Shown here piece by piece: positions 1 through 9,962 of a stretch of DNA of 44,408 nucleotides. Within the stretch, counting starts at the first letter, position 1. Every line of letters starts with the position of its first letter. This stretch comes from Pseudomonadota bacterium. Its GTDB lineage: Bacteria; Pseudomonadota; Gammaproteobacteria; DSM-16500. Made by a program: the position numbers and the translations under genes. Below the pieces are notes generated by a model. That model saw only the letters and a program-made list of their open reading frames with translations. It was not told the origin of the DNA and did not search any database. The DNA is taken from positions 1 through 44,408 of the forward strand of contig JAKBCU010000003.1 of the NCBI GenBank assembly GCA_021807565.1, given 5' to 3'.

Positions 1-864
1 CCGATCCGGATGACTATCTCTTATAAAAAAAATAATCCCCGTCAAAGGCCACAACAAAAATAATATAGGACCATGTCTCAATACCGCTTGCCAACAGAAT
101 AAATAAATCACGGAATAATAGTGAATACCGGCCTGAACATAAGCGTCATAAAATAGATTATGCCATATCACATCAGGATGAGTGATCCATGACCAAACCG
201 CAATATAAATACCCATCGGAAGTAATACAAATGCGTTAAATTTAATGCTCAAACGCCAATAGGATACCGTTGATACACAAAACAACTCACAGCAAAGCAA
301 ACCGCCATTAATAGCAACCCAATACCAAATGGCTTTCTGAGATATCAAAAATGCGACACTGATTAATAAGCCGCTCCATTGAATTTTCTGATCTAACACT
401 GCCAAGATTGCAAACAAACATAACCAACTGGTTAACATATCCACTCGCAAATCGGAGGCATAAATAATAAATATTTGATTGAATGTGATAGCAAGCAATG
501 ACAAGGCGACTGCACGCCGATTGAAAATCTTCTCTGCCCAATAGCCTGTTAAAACAATACATATTGCATTAATGAGAATAATTTCTTTTTTGATAGAAAA
601 AATAGGCTCGAGCAAGGTATGAGAAAAAAACATCGGAATAGATAAAAGGTAATAACCTAGAACGGATTTATAGGGTGAAAAATCACGATACGGAATATGA
701 TAGGTATATTCATAGATATGCCGCGCAAAAACAAATTCATCGGCAGTCAGTGCTTCTTTCGGAATAACGAAAAACTCAAACAAGCTATAGAGGACACACA
801 GAAAAAGAACGCCTCCCAAAAAAGAACTCTTTTTGTACAGACCTTCCAGACCCATGACATTCAT
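1..864 (-). CDS. GT-C family membrane glycosyltransferase (ArnT / PMT-like, GT83/GT39-type), truncated by the window edge; the C-terminus lies beyond position 1
   Basis: I translated the minus strand by hand. One frame is open from the ATG at 864 down to base 1: MNVMGLEGLYKKSSFLGGVLFLCVLYSLFEFFVIPKEALTADEFVFARHIYEYTYHIPYRDFSPYKSVLGYYLLSIPMFF... It is polytopic and hydrophobic. The first periplasmic loop carries a DE motif (ADEFVFARHIYEY) that resembles ArnT QPDETRYAEISREM, followed by YRDFSPYKSVLGYY, which resembles ArnT LRYFEKPIAGYW. It is absent from the ORF track, presumably because it has no in-window stop. The listed 84-aa ORF at 308..562 is the wrong frame of this gene. Confidence 0.6.
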   Translation of the reverse strand, partial: MNVMGLEGLYKKSSFLGGVLFLCVLYSLFEFFVIPKEALTADEFVFARHIYEYTYHIPYRDFSPYKSVLGYYLLSIPMFFSHTLLEPIFSIKKEIILINAICIVLTGYWAEKIFNRRAVALSLLAITFNQIFIIYASDLRVDMLTSWLCLFAILAVLDQKIQWSGLLISVAFLISQKAIWYWVAINGGLLCCELFCVSTVSYWRLSIKFNAFVLLPMGIYIAVWSWITHPDVIWHNLFYDAYVQAGIHYYSVIYLFCWQAVLRHGPILFLLWPLTGIIFFIRDSHPDR

Positions 865-957
865 TTTGTATGACTCTCTTCTTGATGCTACTATCGCACT
901 ATTCTCCAACTCACTAAGACATTAGCCGGTGCTACCGAAAATGTAAATGGAATTCTT

Positions 958-2451
958 ATGATGAATACGCATGTCACTATTATTGGTGCAGGGCCTGCTG
1001 GCCTAACTGCTGCTTATCTTCTTGCAAAAAATAAGATCAATGTGATCGTGCTAGAAAGCGATCCGCATGAAGTGGGAGGCATTGCCAAGACCGCTAAATA
1101 TAAAGGATATTGTTTCGATATTGGCGGTCACCGCTTTTTCTCCAAAGCAGAAGAGGTGGAAGCATTGTGGTCAGAACTCTTACCCCATGACATGCTAGAA
1201 CGACCCCGTTCGTCACGTATTTATTATCGTCAACAGTTTTTCTCATATCCATTAAAAGCATTTGAAGCATTACATAAACTTGGCATTATCGAATCAGCAC
1301 GCTGTATTGGATCTTACTTAAAAGCTCGCCTATTCCCAATCAAAAAAATAGTCAGTTTTTCAGATTGGGTATCCGCTCATTTTGGTGAACGCTTGTTTTC
1401 TATTTTTTTTAAAACCTATACTGAAAAAGTTTGGGGCATGCGGTGCAATGACATTTCTGCCGATTGGGCCGCTCAACGGATCAAAGGATTATCTTTATTG
1501 TCTGCCATGATGAATGCGTTACTCCCTAAAAAATGGCTGAAACGAAAGAATAGCGACACCATTAAAACCTTAATTGATACGTTTCGCTATCCACGTAAAG
1601 GGCCGGGTATGTTATGGGAAGCTTGTGCGGATAAAATTAGGCAACAGGGTGGAACCATTTTAATGGGGTGTCCTGCATTTCGCTGTGAATATCAACAGCA
1701 TCAATGGATGACGTTCTATCGCGATCCCCAGGGAGAAACGGGTAGTATTGTATCTGATCATGTCATTTCCTCTGCGCCATTACGCGATTTAATCCTGCAT
1801 TATGTATCCCCTATGCTCTCATCGCATGTGCTTCGTGCCGCTCAAGCGCTGCGTTATCGTGATTTTCTAATCGTTGTCCTGATTCTAAAAGATAAGAATC
1901 CATTTAAAGATAATTGGATTTATGTGCATGATCCCAAGGTCGATGTGGCTCGCATCCAAAATTTTAAATCCTGGTCCCCTGACATGGTACCTGATCCTGA
2001 CATGTGTTGTTATGGAATGGAATATTTCTGTTTTGATCATGATAACCTCTGGATGGCGCCGGATGAGGCACTGATTAAAAAAGCCACGCATGAGTTAACA
2101 CAGCTTGGTCTTGCTCATCAAGAGGATGTAGTGGATGGATGTGTTCTAAGACAATCAAAGGCCTATCCTGTGTATGACAATCAGTATCAAACCCATGTCG
2201 ATACCATTCGAAAAGAACTAGACATTCAATTTCCCACTCTGCATGTGGTTGGACGTAATGGGATGCATAAATATAATAATCAAGATCATGCCATGATGAC
2301 TGCGATGCTGACAGTAAAAAACATCCTGGCGGGCAAACGCATCTATGATATTTGGGAAGTTAACCAAGATGCTGAATATCACGAGTCAGGTGCGCCTGGA
2401 GCGCACCGCTTAACGCATGGATTACGTCACGTCCCAGAACGAATATCTTAG
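958..2451 (+). CDS. FAD/NAD(P)-binding flavoprotein oxidoreductase (amine-oxidase / UDP-galactopyranose-mutase-like Rossmann fold)
   Basis: The N-terminus has a dinucleotide-binding motif, VTIIGAGPAGLTAAYLL...VIVLESDPHEVGG...DIGGHRFFSK. It is 497 aa. It diverges from the GT-C gene and sits directly upstream of galE. Confidence 0.7.
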   Translation: MMNTHVTIIGAGPAGLTAAYLLAKNKINVIVLESDPHEVGGIAKTAKYKGYCFDIGGHRFFSKAEEVEALWSELLPHDMLERPRSSRIYYRQQFFSYPLKAFEALHKLGIIESARCIGSYLKARLFPIKKIVSFSDWVSAHFGERLFSIFFKTYTEKVWGMRCNDISADWAAQRIKGLSLLSAMMNALLPKKWLKRKNSDTIKTLIDTFRYPRKGPGMLWEACADKIRQQGGTILMGCPAFRCEYQQHQWMTFYRDPQGETGSIVSDHVISSAPLRDLILHYVSPMLSSHVLRAAQALRYRDFLIVVLILKDKNPFKDNWIYVHDPKVDVARIQNFKSWSPDMVPDPDMCCYGMEYFCFDHDNLWMAPDEALIKKATHELTQLGLAHQEDVVDGCVLRQSKAYPVYDNQYQTHVDTIRKELDIQFPTLHVVGRNGMHKYNNQDHAMMTAMLTVKNILAGKRIYDIWEVNQDAEYHESGAPGAHRLTHGLRHVPERIS

Positions 2452-2458
2452 GCATTTT

Positions 2459-3451
2459 ATGCGACCAAAATCTATATTAGTGACTGGCGGTGCGGGTTAT
2501 ATAGGGTCGCATATGCTATTGACTCTCTCTCGAGCTGGATTCAAAACGATTGCTTTCGATAATCTTTCCTCAGGCCATCGCATTCCGATGTTTACGGGTG
2601 ACACTGTGATTGGTGATATTCAAAATGAAGCGTTATTAAGTGATTTATTTTCAAGGCATCACTTTGACGCCGTCATGCATTTTGCTGCTTCCATTGAAGT
2701 GGGGGAATCGGTAATGCACCCTGAGCACTATTATGAAAATAATGTAGTTGCCACCCTGCAGTTACTAAAAACCATGAGAGCACATCGAGTTTGCCACTTG
2801 ATTTTTTCATCTTCTGCTGCGATCTATGGAGAACCCATCTACACACCTCTCGATGAAAAACACCCCTGCCAGCCACTCAACCCCTACGGCCGATCAAAAT
2901 ATATGATTGAACAGATGCTAGCAGATTTCGCCAAAGCCTATGATTTTCATTATATTGCCTTACGTTACTTTAATGCGGCCGGAGCGGATCCGAGTGGTTT
3001 ACTGTGTGAGCAACACACTCCTGAAACACACCTCATTCCATTAGCATTACAAGCCGCTAAGACAGGACAACCCTTGACGGTATACGGCTGCGATTACCCA
3101 ACCTCCGATGGTACTTGTCTACGTGATTATATTCATGTCAATGATTTGTGTGATGCCCATCTGTTAGCGCTCGAAGCAGTATGGCAACAAAAAACAAGTG
3201 GTTGTTATAACTTAGGAAGCGGACAGGGTTATTCAGTGCAAGAAGTCATTGATACCGCTCGTTTAATCACAGGCCTTCCCATTCCTGTCACGTATGCCAC
3301 ACGTCGGCCTGGTGATCCCACAAGATTAGTGGCCAATGCTGACTTAGCAAAAGAACAGTTAGGATGGCAACCTCGTTATAGTGATCTTCCTACTATCATT
3401 AAACATGCATGGGCTGCTCGAGCACCACTCGATTCTCTTCTATCGATTTAG
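2459..3451 (+). CDS. galE: UDP-glucose 4-epimerase (NAD-dependent epimerase/dehydratase)
   Basis: MRPKSILVTGGAGYIGSH is the classic GalE N-terminus, with the YxxxK SDR region (YGRSKYMIEQ). I chose the ATG at 2459, 8 nt after the upstream stop, rather than the overlapping track start at 2417. Confidence 0.85.
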   Translation: MRPKSILVTGGAGYIGSHMLLTLSRAGFKTIAFDNLSSGHRIPMFTGDTVIGDIQNEALLSDLFSRHHFDAVMHFAASIEVGESVMHPEHYYENNVVATLQLLKTMRAHRVCHLIFSSSAAIYGEPIYTPLDEKHPCQPLNPYGRSKYMIEQMLADFAKAYDFHYIALRYFNAAGADPSGLLCEQHTPETHLIPLALQAAKTGQPLTVYGCDYPTSDGTCLRDYIHVNDLCDAHLLALEAVWQQKTSGCYNLGSGQGYSVQEVIDTARLITGLPIPVTYATRRPGDPTRLVANADLAKEQLGWQPRYSDLPTIIKHAWAARAPLDSLLSI

Positions 3452-3581
3452 AGTTTATTCAACGTCAGTATGGTATAAGCAAATGGCTTAAACGAGACTC
3501 GCATTTTAAAGAGGATGTTATCATGGGATACAAAATGTGTGAGTTATTGATGCGAGGGCCCTAAGTATAAAGTAAGTGTTC

Positions 3582-4805
3582 TTAACTCGCCAACTGATCC
3601 AACTGAAAAATCGGTAGTAATACCGCTAAAACAATAAATAACACGATGGAGCCCATCACCAAAATAATCGCCGGTTCAAACAAGGCAAGGCTGGTTTCAA
3701 TTAAACGAGCAATATCACCCTCTTGGTTATCAGCCGCTCTTTCTAACATTTTTTCTAACTGACCGCTGGATTCACCACTTGCAATTAAGTGAACACTCAT
3801 CGGTGGAAAATATCGCGTTTGTTTTAATGACAAATGAATAGCTGCTCCCTCCCTCACACGATGGGTCGCTTCATTGACAGCAGCCTGAATCGGCAAACAG
3901 GTAATTAAAGTCGACGCTATTTTCATTGCCTCTAAAACGGATACTCCTGCGGACGATAAAATGGCAAATGTTCGGGAAAATCGCGCCGTATTAATCACTT
4001 TGATGGCGTTTCCAATAATAGGAATGCGTAGTATGAGATAATGCATTTTGACACGAAAAGCTAAATGACGTTGCATTCGCCAACGAATCACACTGGCGCT
4101 GACTATCAACAAAAACAACACATAAAGACCATACGTTTTAGTGCCCTGACTCAACGCAATAAGCACTTGAGTCATGCCGGGTAAAGACTGATGCATATTG
4201 CCGTACACTGCAATCATTTTGGGGACAACATACGCTAACAAAAAAGCAACAATGCTAATTGCCACTACCACCATAATCACCGGATAAATTAAAGCATGCT
4301 GAATCTTTTGGCGCATCGCAAATTGCTGCTCCGTATAATCCGCTAATCGTTGCAATACCCTATCTAAATGCCCCGATTTTTCTCCTGCTGCAACAGTGGC
4401 ACAATATAAATTGGAAAAAGCCTTTGGGAAATCGCGTAGACCGGAGGCTAATGTATGACCCTCTACAACTTTACTTCGCACAGATAAAATCAACCCTTGC
4501 GTTTTGAGTTTTTCGGTTTGTTCCGCAACGGCTGCTAATACTTCTTCAACGGGCAACCCAGCGGCTAATAAAGTGGCCAATTGACGCGTCATTAACGCTA
4601 ACTCTTTGCTATTTAAACTACGTCGGTATAATATATTGCGATCCGCACTGACTATGCGTTTTTTCTGATGTGCAGCGGTAATCGATAATAGAATAAAACC
4701 TTTATCTCGAATCAGTTGACGCGCTTGTTTAATCGATTCTGCTTCAACAATTCCTTTTTGTTTTTCACCTTTGATATTCGTTGCTTGATAGTGAAAAGCA
4801 GACAC
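3582..4805 (-). CDS. gspF: Type II secretion inner-membrane platform protein GspF (LspF)
   Basis: 407 aa with three transmembrane segments and two cytoplasmic GspF/PilC-type repeats. It lies immediately downstream of gspE on the same strand. Confidence 0.8.
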   Translation of the reverse strand: MSAFHYQATNIKGEKQKGIVEAESIKQARQLIRDKGFILLSITAAHQKKRIVSADRNILYRRSLNSKELALMTRQLATLLAAGLPVEEVLAAVAEQTEKLKTQGLILSVRSKVVEGHTLASGLRDFPKAFSNLYCATVAAGEKSGHLDRVLQRLADYTEQQFAMRQKIQHALIYPVIMVVVAISIVAFLLAYVVPKMIAVYGNMHQSLPGMTQVLIALSQGTKTYGLYVLFLLIVSASVIRWRMQRHLAFRVKMHYLILRIPIIGNAIKVINTARFSRTFAILSSAGVSVLEAMKIASTLITCLPIQAAVNEATHRVREGAAIHLSLKQTRYFPPMSVHLIASGESSGQLEKMLERAADNQEGDIARLIETSLALFEPAIILVMGSIVLFIVLAVLLPIFQLDQLAS

Positions 4806-4810
4806 GACTA

Positions 4811-6295
4811 TTAGTCCTCACTGGTGACACGTAAAATTTCTTCCAAAGAACTATCCCCCGCTATCACACGAGCATAACCATCTTGTCTAATACTAGGAAA
4901 TAAAGTGCGCGCATATTTTTTTAATTCGGGTTCGGGTTTTCTATCATGGATCATAGTACGCAACCTATCATCAATCACAATGAGTTCGTATACCCCACTT
5001 CGTCCACTATAGCCTGTATTCCGGCAATGCTGACAACCCACAGCATGATACAATAAAGGTGGATTCGTTGTTGGAAGGCCCAACCGTTCACACTCTTGAA
5101 TCGTAGCCAGTTGTGGTCTTTTACAATGCACACATAATTTACGAATTAACCGTTGTGCTAACACACCAATTAAACTGGATGATAATAAAAAAGGTTCAAT
5201 ACCCATATCATCTAATCGGGTAATAGCACCTACTGCACTATTCGTATGTAAGGTCGACAATACCAAATGTCCGGTTAAACTGGCTTGAATAGCAATTTGC
5301 GCCGTTTCTACATCACGAATTTCACCTACCATCACAACATCCGGATCTTGCCGCAAAATGGCACGTAACCCCTTAGCAAAAGTCATATTCACTTTGTAGT
5401 TAATTTGTGTTTGACCCACCCCAGATAGATCAAATTCAATCGGATCTTCAACCGTTAAAATATTGCGAGTCGTATTATTTAATGCGGTAAGCGCAGCATA
5501 TAGTGTCGTTGTTTTACCCGATCCCGTAGGACCTGTCACTAAAATAATTCCATGAGGAATGGCAATTAATGTTTTCATAAAATGTAATGTGGCAGGCATC
5601 ATACCTAAATCTGACAAGTCTAATCTGGCGGATTGCTTATCCAATAAACGTAAGACGACTCGCTCACCATGACTGGTTGGCATAGTAGAAACACGAACGT
5701 CGACGGCACGACCCGCAATTCGCAAGGTAATACGACCATCTTGTGGTAATCTTTTTTCTGCAATATCTAATTTAGCCATCACCTTAATGCGCGACACGAT
5801 TAATGGCGCAAGAATGCGTTGTGGTTCAAGCACTTCTCTTAAGATACCATCCACTCGAAAACGAATGGCAATCCGATTTTCAAATGTCTCAATATGAACA
5901 TCCGATGCACCTTCTTTAATGGCTTCGCTCAATAATGCATTTAACAACCGCACAATCGGTGCATCATCTTGTCTTTCTAATAAGTCTTCGGGTTTAGGTA
6001 ATTCTTGCATTAAATCGTATAAATCCAATGAATCACCTAAATCTTCTGCCATCAACATCGCTGTATTACTGTCCGTTTGGTATCCTTTGATTAAGCGTTG
6101 ATTAAATGTGTCTTCATCTACTTTTTCTAAGGATAATGGTCTATCCAAATAACGACGTAATTCATTGAATACGGTAATACTCGGTTGGCCATGATACAGA
6201 ATCTTCGCTTTATCTTGCTCTACCCCGGCAAACAAAATCTGATGCCTTTTTGCAAACGCAAATGGAATGGGATTCATTGCCGTTGGTTCGTTCAT
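4811..6295 (-). CDS. gspE: Type II secretion ATPase GspE (LspE)
   Basis: The N1 domain (LPKPEDLLERQDDAPIVRLLNALLSEAIKEGASDVHIETF) closely resembles EpsE. It has Walker A (GPTGSGKTTT), a Walker B/Asp box (VMVGEIRD) and a C-terminal tetracysteine motif (CVHC...CQHC). 494 aa. Confidence 0.88.
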   Translation of the reverse strand: MNEPTAMNPIPFAFAKRHQILFAGVEQDKAKILYHGQPSITVFNELRRYLDRPLSLEKVDEDTFNQRLIKGYQTDSNTAMLMAEDLGDSLDLYDLMQELPKPEDLLERQDDAPIVRLLNALLSEAIKEGASDVHIETFENRIAIRFRVDGILREVLEPQRILAPLIVSRIKVMAKLDIAEKRLPQDGRITLRIAGRAVDVRVSTMPTSHGERVVLRLLDKQSARLDLSDLGMMPATLHFMKTLIAIPHGIILVTGPTGSGKTTTLYAALTALNNTTRNILTVEDPIEFDLSGVGQTQINYKVNMTFAKGLRAILRQDPDVVMVGEIRDVETAQIAIQASLTGHLVLSTLHTNSAVGAITRLDDMGIEPFLLSSSLIGVLAQRLIRKLCVHCKRPQLATIQECERLGLPTTNPPLLYHAVGCQHCRNTGYSGRSGVYELIVIDDRLRTMIHDRKPEPELKKYARTLFPSIRQDGYARVIAGDSSLEEILRVTSED

Positions 6296-8242
6296 TTAGC
6301 GATTTGCCTCGTTATCATTTTGAAAAGGCTGCGGTAATTTCACATTATTTTTCCATAAAGGTAAAATATTTTGTCTTTTTTGCTCTGCCACATGGGATAG
6401 ATCGAGAGGCCCGTTAATTTGTGTATTCCGAATCGTATTGTATTTCGTGCTAGTGACACCCGACACATCTTGATTGTTATGTAAAATGGTCGGCTTAATA
6501 AATACCATCAAATTTTTCTTTTCAATTTTGCGTGCCTTATGCTGAAATAAAGTTCCCACAATCGGGATATCGCCTATCAGTGGAATTTTATCGGTTCTTT
6601 CAGTCATATTATTACTCACTAACCCACCTAAGACTAAAATATCTTGGCTATTAATAATCACTGAATTCTGGATTTTACTCGTATTCACGATGGGATTGAG
6701 TCCCGGATTATCCGGATCTTGTAAGGTATCATTTTGTAAAGCGAGTCTAAGGCGAACGGCTGTGCCCAAATTAATTTGTGGATTGACTTTAAGCGTCAAG
6801 GCAACGGATCTTCGCCCTACCGTATTAAAAGGCAATGAACTGGAATTGGTCATATAAGAACCGGTTTGTTCAGGTACATCTTTACCCACTGACAAGATAC
6901 CATCTTGATTATCTAAGACCACAATAGACGGCGTTGATAAAATATCAACACCGGTTTTATTTTGTAATGCAGATAAAATGGATTGAATTTGTTGATTTGG
7001 AATAATACCAAACGTGCCTGGGACAAATCCGTTCGGATTATTGCCGCTAGGATTAGGAAGACCTGATTGATCCATTCCCCACAAAATACCTAAATCTTTT
7101 AAATCCGTCTGATCTAATTCAACAATAATACCTTCTACCAATACTTGCGCTGGCCGCACATCTAATTTAGCAATCACAGAATCTAACGCGGGCATCACAG
7201 AGGGTGATGCCGTAATAATTAATGCATTCGTGCTGGGCTCAGCTTGAATATTGGTGATGTTTTCTTCTGGTGCCTCTTTCGATTTCGGTGATGCCATTGC
7301 ACCGGCATTCGTATCCGCTTTACCCAACATATTTTGGGCGATTTTACCAATCACAGGCGCTACATTTTTTGCTTTTAAGTATCGCAGATACACTACTTTA
7401 GTATTGCCTTGTTTACCGAGCTTCGGCTCGTCCAGCTGAGCGATTAAGAGTTTCATATGCGCCCTAGCCGCTTTGTTACCACTCAGTAAAATGCTATTAC
7501 TCCGTTCATCCGCCGCCACTGACACTTGCGGTGTGTCACCCATTGCTCGCGCTGCATTTTGTAAATTCGTTAACACAGTTGCAATTTGCCCAGCCGGTGC
7601 GCGTTTTAAAGAAATCATATCAATTTGATTGGCGGCGGATTGATCAATATTTTTAATGACATTCGCAATACGTTGTAAATTCGCTGCACGTCCTAATAAA
7701 ATTAAAATATTTCCCGGGGTATACGCTGAAATATTACTCCATTGCGGCATCATCGGGCGTACGATGGGAATCAATTGATTCGCAGAAATATTTTCCAATG
7801 GTATCACTCGCACAACCACTTCATCGCCTTTTCCTGGCGCTTTACTGGTGACCACTTTGGTCGCAAATTCGCCGCTTTCCATATTAGGCACAATCTTGAC
7901 AACGTTACCACTTGGAATGGCCGAATAACCCAATAACTCTAAAATCGATAGAAAAACATGATAGACTTCTTTCTGGTGAATGGGCTTACTAGATATTAAT
8001 GAGATCTTGCCGCTGACACGAGGGTCTACCACAAAATTTTTCCCTGTTTCCAAGGATACTTCATTAATCACACTTAAAATATCGGCATCTTGCAAATTCC
8101 ATAATCGTTCCGAGGAAGTGGCATGCATTGGCTCATTATCAGCGGAGATAGCAGTATCATTTAATGCCTTGGTACTCGCTGTTGCTGCCATACTCAGACT
8201 AATCACGGCAAGCAACATAGCAATATAACAAAATGATTTCAT
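6296..8242 (-). CDS. gspD: Type II secretion outer-membrane secretin GspD (LspD)
   Basis: 648 aa with a signal peptide, an N0/N1 secretin N-domain and a C-terminal secretin core (…VGRRSVALTLKVNPQI…). Its stop abuts the gspE start, giving the order D-E-F on the minus strand. Confidence 0.85.
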   Translation of the reverse strand: MKSFCYIAMLLAVISLSMAATASTKALNDTAISADNEPMHATSSERLWNLQDADILSVINEVSLETGKNFVVDPRVSGKISLISSKPIHQKEVYHVFLSILELLGYSAIPSGNVVKIVPNMESGEFATKVVTSKAPGKGDEVVVRVIPLENISANQLIPIVRPMMPQWSNISAYTPGNILILLGRAANLQRIANVIKNIDQSAANQIDMISLKRAPAGQIATVLTNLQNAARAMGDTPQVSVAADERSNSILLSGNKAARAHMKLLIAQLDEPKLGKQGNTKVVYLRYLKAKNVAPVIGKIAQNMLGKADTNAGAMASPKSKEAPEENITNIQAEPSTNALIITASPSVMPALDSVIAKLDVRPAQVLVEGIIVELDQTDLKDLGILWGMDQSGLPNPSGNNPNGFVPGTFGIIPNQQIQSILSALQNKTGVDILSTPSIVVLDNQDGILSVGKDVPEQTGSYMTNSSSLPFNTVGRRSVALTLKVNPQINLGTAVRLRLALQNDTLQDPDNPGLNPIVNTSKIQNSVIINSQDILVLGGLVSNNMTERTDKIPLIGDIPIVGTLFQHKARKIEKKNLMVFIKPTILHNNQDVSGVTSTKYNTIRNTQINGPLDLSHVAEQKRQNILPLWKNNVKLPQPFQNDNEANR

Positions 8243-8360
8243 GTAGTTTCCATAGTGATCGAGTTCATATCAACAAGAGGTATCATAAAATAAACCAACG
8301 ATGATGGAAATGCTAGTTAGAACTTCCCCAGTATCTTCATTTTCAAACTCCCTCGTAGAT

Positions 8361-9788
8361 TCAACCAGCACATCGACTGATGTGACTTACATATTCATCC
8401 AGCAATGCTGTCGTTTGTTGAGTCAAATTGGAGTTATTTTTCAATGAGATCGCTTCGGCCAAAGCGGCTCCTAAGGTTAACCGTTTTGTGCCTTTGAAAT
8501 CAATAGGCGCACCCTCCGCTTGGCTAGAGAAAATAGTGGCTAAATAAGCAGAAAACGCCTCGGTCTGCGCAGAGGTTAATACGTCGGGATAATGCCTTCC
8601 TAAAAGGCGCATGGCGATCGCTCGCAACTGTGCATTATCTATTTGATGGGTCAAGTCAGCCTTTTTAATGGGTTCCAGCGTATGAAAAGTTTGACAGATT
8701 TTTTCATCTCGATTTGACCAAAACCCTTGTATGTATAAACTTGCATCAATATCAGTATTAGGATAGACAGGATATTGATAGTGAAGAGAATAATCAGCAA
8801 TCGCCTGTAATGTATCTGGATGATGATGTAACCATTCTGTATTCGTTTTTGCTAGCGATAACCGATCTTGGGAAAGATGATGCAAAAAACGCGGCGCCAA
8901 TGGTAATACAAAATGCGGTTCGCCTAGTTTTTTGTGAATAACATACATTTTTTCTACGATTTCTGTCGGTGACAGCGTTGCAAAATTGACATGATCTAAT
9001 CGCAGCCAGAGTAATTGATTTTTGTAATGTTGATGATGACCCAAAAATAAAACTGGGCACTGATAACTGGCCTGATATCCTAACTTAACATCTATCATTA
9101 ATACGTTATCTTGATATAAACCCTGCATACGTTCTGCATCAATTCGTTTATTAAAATATCCTTGCAGATAATGCCATTGCTCACCCTGCTTGAAAAGAAG
9201 TCTTGCTAATGCCAGTGTGGCTTCAACATCAACCATGGCATTGTGTGATGGTCCACTGGCAAGCTGATTTGCCTTATTTAATTCTTCTAACTTAAGCGAG
9301 ACTCTTCCCTCTTTTTCAGGCCAATGTAAACCAGAAGGTTTAAATAAATAAAACATAATCAACATGGGATACAAATCCATGCGGCCGCAGCCTGCCGCAT
9401 ATTGGTGCGTATAAGGCGATAATAAATTTCGATAAAAAGAAAAACGCAAAAATTCATCATCGAACCCTAATGTGTTATACCCTAAACTGATTGTCCCAGG
9501 TTGATTCAACCATCGATGAATTTTTTGCATGGCATCCAGCTCTGAGATGCCCTCATACATCGTCATGATACTTATTTGATGCGTTATTAAGGCTGATGGA
9601 GAAGGTACTACATCGTTATTTAAGCGAACGTTTAACTCATAACGCGCCATTTCCTTTAGATTACAATCCGTGCGAATCGCTGCAAATTGCAATACTTGAT
9701 CAAAGGATTTATTTAATCCCGTTGTTTCTATATCGTAAAATAAATAAGTTGGCTCCAATGAAATCTCCTCCATTTTTGATGTTGTCAT
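8361..9788 (-). CDS. sbcB: Exodeoxyribonuclease I
   Basis: 475 aa. The N-terminus TYLFYDIETTGLNKSFDQVLQFAAIRTD resembles E. coli ExoI TFLFHDYETFGTHPALDRPAQFAAIRTD. The length is identical to E. coli SbcB. Confidence 0.85.
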   Translation of the reverse strand: MTTSKMEEISLEPTYLFYDIETTGLNKSFDQVLQFAAIRTDCNLKEMARYELNVRLNNDVVPSPSALITHQISIMTMYEGISELDAMQKIHRWLNQPGTISLGYNTLGFDDEFLRFSFYRNLLSPYTHQYAAGCGRMDLYPMLIMFYLFKPSGLHWPEKEGRVSLKLEELNKANQLASGPSHNAMVDVEATLALARLLFKQGEQWHYLQGYFNKRIDAERMQGLYQDNVLMIDVKLGYQASYQCPVLFLGHHQHYKNQLLWLRLDHVNFATLSPTEIVEKMYVIHKKLGEPHFVLPLAPRFLHHLSQDRLSLAKTNTEWLHHHPDTLQAIADYSLHYQYPVYPNTDIDASLYIQGFWSNRDEKICQTFHTLEPIKKADLTHQIDNAQLRAIAMRLLGRHYPDVLTSAQTEAFSAYLATIFSSQAEGAPIDFKGTKRLTLGAALAEAISLKNNSNLTQQTTALLDEYVSHISRCAG

Positions 9789-9962
9789 TTTTTAGTTGCA
9801 AAATAATTTTATATAGTATACTGTTTATCTCTTATAAGTTGCTCTTGCTTAAATTTGTTTTCGTTCTGTTCCAGTTTTTTACACCAACTACTGCTTTTCC
9901 AATTAAATAATGACATAACCAACCTGCTTTTATAATGAATCAGGTACACGGAGAGTATCATC

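Noticed and set aside
308-562. 84-aa minus-strand ORF listed in the track
   Set aside because: It is an out-of-frame read-through of the long GT-C glycosyltransferase gene (1..864, minus). The real frame encodes a coherent polytopic membrane protein across this same stretch.
2417-2458. Track start of galE overlapping the upstream gene by 35 nt
   Set aside because: The conserved GalE N-terminus begins at MRPKSILVTGGAG (ATG 2459), 8 nt after the upstream stop. The extended start adds a non-conserved 14-aa extension.
7251-8228. Three 62-82 aa plus-strand ORFs inside gspD, with similar small antisense ORFs inside gspE, the cytochrome genes, coxA, cydA/B and icmF
   Set aside because: They are fully embedded antisense or off-frame to strongly supported conserved genes and have no independent support.
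9596-9910. 104-aa plus-strand ORF with hydrophobic low-complexity sequence
   Set aside because: It is antisense to the sbcB N-terminus and runs into the AT-rich divergent promoter region. It has no Shine-Dalgarno, and its composition reflects poly-T/A runs. It is spurious.
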